Part shown: piece by piece, positions 28,399 to 34,875 of the stretch
Position numbering within the stretch: the stretch's first letter is position 1
Layout: every line of letters begins with the position of its first letter
Source of the DNA: Chthoniobacter sp.
GTDB lineage: Bacteria > Verrucomicrobiota > Verrucomicrobiia > Chthoniobacterales > Chthoniobacteraceae
Direction: 5' to 3'
Assembly (NCBI GenBank): GCA_043779575.1
Contig: JAYWEB010000111.1
Coordinates: 1-34,875, forward strand
Length of the DNA stretch: 34,875 nt
Notes under the pieces: model-generated
The model's database searches: none
Told to the model about the DNA's origin: nothing
Seen by the model: only the letters and a program-made list of their open reading frames with translations
Position numbers and translations under genes: made by a program

Positions 28399-30459
28399 TC
28401 AGAATTTTCCGCTCACATCGACCTGGATCGTGTCGGCTTTGAGCGGCGGGCCGGCGATCTGGTTGGCGCTCATCCAGCGCAGGCCGAGCGCGACGCGCGA
28501 GCCAAGCGCGAGCGCGCCGCCAAAGGTGTAGCCCTGCACATTCGTGCCGCCACCGCCGAAATCCGAATCCGCAAATCCATCCACCACGGCGTCGCTTTCG
28601 ACATAGCGGTAGTTCATCGCCACGTTCCAGTCCCAGCGTTTGTCGAGCGTGGGATGGCCGAGCCGCACGCCCGCGATCCACGCAGTGTTGCCGCCGTCGT
28701 ACGGCCCCGTAGTGCCGATGGTCCCGCTCGGCCCCCGGTTGTTGATCGCGATGGCGTTGATGGCATCGCGCTGGAAGGCGAGGTTTTTTAAATACTCGCC
28801 GAAGACCGTGATCGTGAACGGTTCGTAGCGCGTGTAGTCGAGCTTGCCGGTGAGCGCGAGCACGCGGAACGGCGTGGCCAGGCCGAAATATTGGAACTGG
28901 TTCGTCGTCCCGAAATTGTTGTCCGCCGTGGGTACGATGTTGCGCAGCGCGCGGTAGGTGTTGCCTTTTTGCGCAAAGGCCGGGCGCGAGCCGTCGGTGT
29001 TGCCCGCGTCCTGCGCATTGAGCGGCGTGAAGGGGTCGGACAGCTTTCCCGCGATGCGATCAAAGACGTAGTACGCGCCGCCGATCTTGACCGTGAAATC
29101 CTTGTGCGGCTGCCAGTCGAAACCGAGCTGGCCGGCGTAGAGCCACTTGTCCTCGCTCTTGAATTTGTCCGGGCGGTTCGACGAGAAATTCAGGTCGGTG
29201 TTGAAGATCGGAAACGCGCCGAGCGTGAGGAAAGGCGTGAAGTTTTTCGTCACGCCGTACTTCACCTGCCCGGCGATGCCGTCGAAGCCCACGTCCTCAT
29301 CCCAGATCGCGTCCGTGGCGAAAAACGGATTGTCGAAACGGCCCAGCGTGATGACGACTTTGCGGTTCAGCGGCTCCGCTGCGGGCGGCGCGGAAATTTC
29401 CTTGGCACCGGGCTGCGGACGCTGCGCTGGCGCTACTTCGGAGCCGGTCTCATATTTCAAAAAGCCGCGGTCGAGCCAGATTGCATACTTGGAAAAATTG
29501 CCGCCCTGCCCCGAGCCGGCAGAGCCCAGGCTCTGGTTTGGCGAAGTCGGCGAATTGCTGTCACCCGTTGCGAGACGAACGCCCGCGGTAAAACCTTCGC
29601 CCAGATTTGCCTCCGCGCCGAACCGTGTGCGCAGCCGCAGGCGCGTGCGATCCTGATCCACATTGAGCTGCGGCGAAAAAACCGTGCCGCTGACATCGAA
29701 CGGCGCCCCGGTGTTGATCGCGTTGAAATTCGGAAAGGCTCCGGTGTTGTCGTTGCCCGAGGGAAAATAGAGACCCTCGTAGCGCGTGCGCACATCGCCG
29801 AAAAGCCGGATGCGCATTGTCCAGTCCGGCAGCGCGCGCGGATCGGCCCAGCGTTCATTGCGCGCCTGCGCCAGCACCGCCGCCTGGATTTCATCGCGCA
29901 TCTGCGCCTTCACATTTTCCGGGATGTAAGTCACCCGCACCGCGCCGTCCGAGCCGGAGTACGGCGGGATGTCCGGCGTCGGTGGATTCTGCGGCGGGAT
30001 GGCGAGGAGCGGCCCGACCTGGCTGACCACCGCCTGCGCCTCGCTGACCGCGGCCTGCGTGGCGGCGGCGAGCGCGCGAGCCTCGGCGGCGTCGTTTTCG
30101 GCCTGCTGAATCAGCGCGTCGGCGTCCTCCTTGGGCAGGACGCCGCGCGCGACGAGCCGGTTGATGAGGTTGATCGTCACGTTCTGCGAAGGCGTGACTT
30201 TCGCGGTCAGCAAAGCCGTGCCGGAATCCTCCTTCGCGCCCGGAGCTGCCGCCGGGAAAACCTGTGCCGGGGCCGTTTCCCCGCCGATGGGCGGCACGAT
30301 CGGCGGCACCGAATTCGCCGCGAACAGTGACCGCACCGGCAATGGCCCCGCGGGATCGGCGGGCGTGCCCGCGAGCACCGGCCACGCGGCCGTCGCGCAG
30401 ATCGAGGTGGTCAGGATGCGGGCGCAGTGGTGGCGCAAACGGAAACGGGCTGGTGGCAT
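28399..30459 (-). CDS. Putative outer-membrane porin (Porin_5-like) with N-terminal helical extension
   Basis: 686 aa. NVTINLINRLVARGVL helical N-domain, barrel starting IRLFGDVRTRYE, RLRLRTRFG, DSDFGGGGTN, C-terminal IQVDVSGKF. Confidence 0.85.
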   Translation of the reverse strand: MPPARFRLRHHCARILTTSICATAAWPVLAGTPADPAGPLPVRSLFAANSVPPIVPPIGGETAPAQVFPAAAPGAKEDSGTALLTAKVTPSQNVTINLINRLVARGVLPKEDADALIQQAENDAAEARALAAATQAAVSEAQAVVSQVGPLLAIPPQNPPTPDIPPYSGSDGAVRVTYIPENVKAQMRDEIQAAVLAQARNERWADPRALPDWTMRIRLFGDVRTRYEGLYFPSGNDNTGAFPNFNAINTGAPFDVSGTVFSPQLNVDQDRTRLRLRTRFGAEANLGEGFTAGVRLATGDSNSPTSPNQSLGSAGSGQGGNFSKYAIWLDRGFLKYETGSEVAPAQRPQPGAKEISAPPAAEPLNRKVVITLGRFDNPFFATDAIWDEDVGFDGIAGQVKYGVTKNFTPFLTLGAFPIFNTDLNFSSNRPDKFKSEDKWLYAGQLGFDWQPHKDFTVKIGGAYYVFDRIAGKLSDPFTPLNAQDAGNTDGSRPAFAQKGNTYRALRNIVPTADNNFGTTNQFQYFGLATPFRVLALTGKLDYTRYEPFTITVFGEYLKNLAFQRDAINAIAINNRGPSGTIGTTGPYDGGNTAWIAGVRLGHPTLDKRWDWNVAMNYRYVESDAVVDGFADSDFGGGGTNVQGYTFGGALALGSRVALGLRWMSANQIAGPPLKADTIQVDVSGKF

Positions 30460-30480
30460 TGGGCGGAGCGGAAAAGGTGT

Positions 30481-31293
30481 CTAGTTCAGCCGCGCCGGAC
30501 GGCTGGCGGAGAGGCGCAGGACGATGGGCAGCTTCATCCCGGCGGGCGGCGGTTCGGCGAGCTGGAGTCCGGTCAGGACTTGGTCCTGGATCGCCGAATC
30601 CAAACCGGAATCGCCCGTGGAACTGGCGAGCTGCGCGCGGGTCACGCGCCCCGTGCCGTCCGGCCAGATGCGCACTTCGAGCCGCGCGATGCTTGCGCTT
30701 TTCGTCTTCGGATTCCGGCGCAAGGCGTCGCCAATCTTCGACTGCACCTGCCCGGCGTAATGATCCCACTTGCCGCCTCCGCCTCCGCCGGTCGGGCCAC
30801 CAATGAAGTTCCCGCCGCCCAGCCCGTTGCCGGAACTGGACAGACCCATGCCCGGCCCGTCGCCCTTGATGCCGGTGGCCAGCGCCGTGGGTGGGTTGTC
30901 GGCCTTCTTCGGAGCGGCTTCCTTTGGCTTCTCCTCCACCGGAGCCTGCTTTTCCATCTTCTCGGGTGGCGGCGGGAGTTTCGGCGGAGGCGGGGGTGGT
31001 GGGAGCTTCGGCGGAGGAGGCAACTGCACCACCACCATCTTCTCTGCCTTGCGGACCGGCGCGCTCGCCTTGGGCTTCGGCACAAAGTACACCGCCAGCC
31101 CGAGCAGCAGGATACCGGCAACGATCACTGTCATCCGGTGCCGCGCAAAGAACCCGTCATTCCCCCCCTCGTGGACGAGATCGGCATTGGAAGTTCTCCG
31201 CCGCTCCTGGGGAGGAGCTGGGGCCTTGGCTGGCGGGCGGGCATTCAGCGGGCGGGTTACTGGCGGTTCCGGGCTTTCGAGTTTCTGGCTCAT
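30481..31293 (-). CDS. tonB: TonB/TolA-like energy transducer
   Basis: Single TM helix, Pro/Lys-rich linker, Gly-rich hinge, and C-terminal YAGQVQ..VRIWPDGTGRVTRAQLASSTGDSGLD. Confidence 0.85.
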   Translation of the reverse strand: MSQKLESPEPPVTRPLNARPPAKAPAPPQERRRTSNADLVHEGGNDGFFARHRMTVIVAGILLLGLAVYFVPKPKASAPVRKAEKMVVVQLPPPPKLPPPPPPPKLPPPPEKMEKQAPVEEKPKEAAPKKADNPPTALATGIKGDGPGMGLSSSGNGLGGGNFIGGPTGGGGGGKWDHYAGQVQSKIGDALRRNPKTKSASIARLEVRIWPDGTGRVTRAQLASSTGDSGLDSAIQDQVLTGLQLAEPPPAGMKLPIVLRLSASRPARLN

Positions 31294-31317
31294 GGCTTGT
31301 GGTATGGGTGGCGGGTG

Positions 31318-31716
31318 TTACTTGGCGGGCTTGGTGGCTAGCCCGATTTGCGAAATGTTCAGCCGTCCGAGGACATCGAGGACGTTCATAATCGTCTGGT
31401 ACTGCGTCTGGCTGTCGCCGCGCACGACCACCGGAAACTCCGGCGTCCTCGCCTTCAGCGCGCCAAGCTGGCTTTCCAGCGTCGCCAGTGTCACCGGTGC
31501 GGCGTTGAGTTTCACGTTGCCCTGGTTATCAATGGTGATGGCCTGCATCTTCGGCCCTTCCAGCTTCGATGGCTTGCCCGCTTTCGGCAGGTTGACCTTC
31601 ACCCCCTGTACACCCGCCGTGGTCATGATGATGAAGATCAAAAGCAGGACGAGATACAAGTCCACCATCGGTGTGACATTGATGTCGTCATAGCTCTTGT
31701 TGTCATCGACTTGCAT
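31318..31716 (-). CDS. exbD: Biopolymer transporter ExbD
   Basis: INVTPMVDLYLVLLLIFII retains the essential TM Asp. Also VKVNLPKA and VVVRGD. Confidence 0.93.
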   Translation of the reverse strand: MQVDDNKSYDDINVTPMVDLYLVLLLIFIIMTTAGVQGVKVNLPKAGKPSKLEGPKMQAITIDNQGNVKLNAAPVTLATLESQLGALKARTPEFPVVVRGDSQTQYQTIMNVLDVLGRLNISQIGLATKPAK

Positions 31717-31728
31717 AAGTGGGCCGGG

Positions 31729-33615
31729 TTAGCGCTTCGGTTCGGAGTAAAACTCGGCGATCTTGGCCACGAACTCGTCGATAAATACTTGCATGTCGCT
31801 GACAGCATCCTTGATCCGCGAACTGATATAGCTGTAGGCAAAGAGCGCCGGGATAGCCACGGCAAGGCCCGCCACGGTAGCCAGCAACGCGCCGGCGATG
31901 CCGGGTGCGATGGAGTTCACTTCCACCTGTCCGCTCTTCGCGATGACGGCGAAGGTAATCATAACCCCGATGACTGTGCCTAACAGCCCGAGGTAAGGAC
32001 CACCGGCGATCCCGATCGTAAGAAAGACCAGGCTGCTATTTAGCTTCTGAACCTCGCGCACCAGCCCACCGTCAAGGGTCGCCCGAATCGCCTGCATCGA
32101 GCGCCCCGAGAGCCCGCTGAAATTTTCCCGCGCCGTGGCCAGCCGATCCTGAATCTCCCCGAAGCCAATCTGGTAGATGTGATAGAGCGGCGACTGGCGC
32201 ATCAGCATCTGGGTCTTGGGCGTCGCTTTGCCACCCATGCTTTTCACGGTCTCTTCGTCCCCGCTGTCCAGGATATGCAGATTGCCGGAGATTTGCTCCC
32301 AGTGGCTGAGGAACGTGTTGGTCGCTTTTTTGATCTTATTGAGGTAGAGAAACTTCGTTACGGCGACCACCCAGCCAACGACAGCCAGAAGCGCACATAA
32401 CCCGATCACCACCCAGCCGTCGAAAGTCAGCGACTTCGAAATGTCGGCCAGGAGTGAAAACTGTTTGCCGATCTCGCTCTCCCCGCCGTGCTTGGAAGCT
32501 TCGTCTTCCCCGCAGACGAGCAGCTTCGCGGTCTTGTCCCCACCGGCCTGATTGGCCGCCGCCAGCTTCAACCAGCCCACAGGCCGCGCGACCTTGGCGA
32601 TCTGCAACTCGTCAATCTCGCCGATAAAGGAAACGGCTGCGTCTGCACCTTCGGCGGTCTTTTCCTTCCCGAGAATAATCGGCGCGTTCAGCGCGGGCAA
32701 AGCCACCGCCAGCGTGGCATAGCTCTCGCCATCCAGCCAGACCGTGAGTTGGGCACCGGTGGCCGTCACCGCCAGATGCCGCCACGCATTGACCACCAGC
32801 GGAGTGTCCGCCGCGGCGGGCTTGCTCCGCTGGGTGCCTCCCGCGCCGGTGACTTCGACATAGGGCACGCCGCTATCCAGACCTATGACCAGGGCGCGAT
32901 CCCTTTCACGCCGGCTCAGCAGCACTGCGCCAGGTGCCAGCATCGTCGGTTTCACCCATGCCGAGACCGTCGCCGCACCGCCTTCCGTCCAGGCCAAATC
33001 CGCCGCCAGCGGGATAGCTACTCCAGTCTGCCCGGCGAAACGCAGCCCGCCGGCAATTTGGGAGCCGCCCGCCGGCACGCCAGCGTTTTCTGCGTTGTGT
33101 CCGCCCGCCGTGACATCCGCAGGTGCGCTCCCGCTTTCGCCAAAGTGATAGACCAGCAGGGTGTCGGAATCATAGCTGCCCTTGGCATCGTCACCGCGCG
33201 CGGCCTGCTCGCTGGCATTGCCGGAGTAGAGCCAGAAAGTAACCTGCGCCCCCGGTTTGACATCCGGCAATTTCACCCAGACAAACGCCTCGTAGAGCGT
33301 CGAGTCATACTTCTCGATATGGTATTTAAGCGGGGTCTTGTCATCGGCTGCGATGAAGCGGATGTCGCTCCCGTCATCGCGCGCCGTGCCGAATTGAAAG
33401 TTACCTTCATACAGGCGCACCAGCACGGTGGCTGTCCCGACCGGCTCGCTGATCGCCCCGCCCGCGGCTGTCGTATCGAGGGTGATTTTCTTGCGTACCG
33501 TCCACTGTTCGTTCCACCACGCCCCGGCATCGGCGGAGATGGCGAGCATGATGAGCAGACCCGCCAACAAATGGCGAAAAAATGACTTTCTTGGAAAGGA
33601 GGGCAAAAGGCGCAT
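31729..33615 (-). CDS. exbB: DUF2341 + LamG-like + MotA/TolQ/ExbB fusion protein
   Basis: Signal peptide, WWNEQWTVRKKI, DGSDIRFIAADDKTPLKYHIEKY (DUF2341), WRHLAVT/FIGEIDELQI (LamG-like), and GPYLGLLGTVIGVMITF plus IAPGIAGALLATVAGLAVAIPA (ExbB). Confidence 0.92.
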   Translation of the reverse strand: MRLLPSFPRKSFFRHLLAGLLIMLAISADAGAWWNEQWTVRKKITLDTTAAGGAISEPVGTATVLVRLYEGNFQFGTARDDGSDIRFIAADDKTPLKYHIEKYDSTLYEAFVWVKLPDVKPGAQVTFWLYSGNASEQAARGDDAKGSYDSDTLLVYHFGESGSAPADVTAGGHNAENAGVPAGGSQIAGGLRFAGQTGVAIPLAADLAWTEGGAATVSAWVKPTMLAPGAVLLSRRERDRALVIGLDSGVPYVEVTGAGGTQRSKPAAADTPLVVNAWRHLAVTATGAQLTVWLDGESYATLAVALPALNAPIILGKEKTAEGADAAVSFIGEIDELQIAKVARPVGWLKLAAANQAGGDKTAKLLVCGEDEASKHGGESEIGKQFSLLADISKSLTFDGWVVIGLCALLAVVGWVVAVTKFLYLNKIKKATNTFLSHWEQISGNLHILDSGDEETVKSMGGKATPKTQMLMRQSPLYHIYQIGFGEIQDRLATARENFSGLSGRSMQAIRATLDGGLVREVQKLNSSLVFLTIGIAGGPYLGLLGTVIGVMITFAVIAKSGQVEVNSIAPGIAGALLATVAGLAVAIPALFAYSYISSRIKDAVSDMQVFIDEFVAKIAEFYSEPKR

Positions 33616-33657
33616 TAGGAAATGAGTGTGGCGGGAAAGTGTCTTGGTAATGGCAGG

Positions 33658-34875
33658 TCAGAAGTCGGCCCAGATCCGGAAGGTCAGCAGCAGGTCATGG
33701 GTTTGGGTGTGCGATTGGCCGATGAGCGGCAGCCCCGCGTCGATTGAGCCATTAAGGTGATCGAACAATCGCAGACGGCTGCCGATGCCGATACTAGCCA
33801 GGTCAAAGCTGGAATCCTGCTCGGGCAGTGGGTTCTGAACCGTCAGCCGTCCGGCGTCGGCGAAGGCGTAGATGCGCCATTCGTCGTCCTTTTTACCAAG
33901 CCAGCCGAGGAGCGACGGGCTCCGCAGCTCGATGGAGCCGAAGCCCGCGCTGTCGCCGGGGACTTCACCTTCCAGATAACCGCGGGCGGTGCCCAGGCCG
34001 CCGCCGCTGAACTGCTCACTGCTGACCAGCGGCTGACTGGAAAGCTGGCCCTGCACTTTGCCAAAGACCTGGAAACCCGCCGGTAAGTCATGGGTATGGG
34101 ACAGGTCTCCCCGCAGATAGATAAAGCTTCCGTCCGCTTTGAAGCGGCTGTTTTCAAACTCCTGCGGACTGCTGCCCAGCCCGCGCAGATGAAAGTAAAG
34201 GCCGGCATTGAACTCGGTCAGGGAACCTTTGGGTGCCCAGGTCGCATTGTAATTGGCGCTCAGCGGGTAGTAGGTGATGGGTGCGGTAATCGGGGGCTGA
34301 CCCGCGCCGATGAAGACATCCTGGTCGAAGTGCTTGTAATCAATGCCCAGACTGACCGACTGATAGAAATCCTTGCCCGGTGGCAGGCTGATGTTCGTCC
34401 GCAGCCCAAGAATCTGGCCGCGCCCGGCGACGGCCGCCCCGCCGAGCGTGGAGACATTCGAGTCCTGCTTCGTGCCGAGGACCATGAGACTCAGCCAGTC
34501 GAGATCGCGAAAGCGCGCCTGATAGTAGGCGGAGAGCACTTTCACGTCGTTCGTGTTTTCCGGCGAAACCTGAAAGCTCACCCCGGCGGCGTGTCCCAAC
34601 TGCCAGAGGTTGTTGTAACTCACCGACCCATTCACCCGGAGCTGGGTGGTATCCGGGCTGTAGCGGTTGTTCAGCTCCACGCTGCCATGCAGCGGGAGGG
34701 AGTCTTTCACGTTCAGATCAATGTCCACGGTTCCCGGTTCGACGCCCGGCTTCAGGGTCGGGGTGATCCGGCGGTCGGGCCACTGGTTCAAGGCGACAAT
34801 GTCCCGCGTGATCCCATTGAAATTCGGCACCTGACCCTCCGCCAGTGAAGGTGCCTGCCGCTTGATCTCCGCGAG
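33658..34875 (-). CDS. ShlB/FhaC/HecB-family TpsB transporter (PdtB-like), 5'-partial
   Basis: Frame is open to the window edge. POTRA end (LKPGVEPGTVDIDLNVKD), NNLWQLGH, loop-6 motif EQFSGGGLGTARGY, C-terminal Phe. Confidence 0.92.
   Translation of the reverse strand, partial: LAEIKRQAPSLAEGQVPNFNGITRDIVALNQWPDRRITPTLKPGVEPGTVDIDLNVKDSLPLHGSVELNNRYSPDTTQLRVNGSVSYNNLWQLGHAAGVSFQVSPENTNDVKVLSAYYQARFRDLDWLSLMVLGTKQDSNVSTLGGAAVAGRGQILGLRTNISLPPGKDFYQSVSLGIDYKHFDQDVFIGAGQPPITAPITYYPLSANYNATWAPKGSLTEFNAGLYFHLRGLGSSPQEFENSRFKADGSFIYLRGDLSHTHDLPAGFQVFGKVQGQLSSQPLVSSEQFSGGGLGTARGYLEGEVPGDSAGFGSIELRSPSLLGWLGKKDDEWRIYAFADAGRLTVQNPLPEQDSSFDLASIGIGSRLRLFDHLNGSIDAGLPLIGQSHTQTHDLLLTFRIWADF

Overview
High-GC bacterial DNA. 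PEP-CTERM and other family signatures suggest Verrucomicrobiota (inference). All family calls come from motif recognition, not database searches. There are two blocks. (1) Positions 1-~6.1 kb are a decayed mobile region. It holds the right end of an IS1595-family (IS1016-like) element, a probable conjugative-ATPase fragment, a degenerate 21-nt-period repeat tract, a TnpV-like fragment and a hairpin-rich junction. It also holds a tight minus-strand five-gene run: 237-aa helical protein, 369-aa unknown, membrane-anchored DUF4041/GIY-YIG nuclease (SNIPE/PD-lambda-1 type anti-phage), PIN toxin, small partner. (2) Positions ~6.1-34.9 kb look like a phosphate-starvation island. It carries a PlcP-like phosphoesterase, an orphan PhoB-like regulator, a TPM protein, Pho-box-like 11-bp repeats, a PEP-CTERM protein, a PstS/DING-like exported protein, a Sel1 protein and an aquaporin-based ars operon. 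It ends in a ~19-kb operon (TpsB, DUF2341-LamG-ExbB, ExbD, TonB, porin, coiled-coil protein, 3.9-kaa DUF3739 haemagglutinin) resembling the Pseudomonas aeruginosa pdtA/pdtB/exbB2/exbD2 cluster. Top candidates for undescribed biology are a two-gene SNIPE-type defence module, a Ton-motor-coupled two-partner secretion system tied to phosphate scavenging, and the 21-nt repeat/gene unit.
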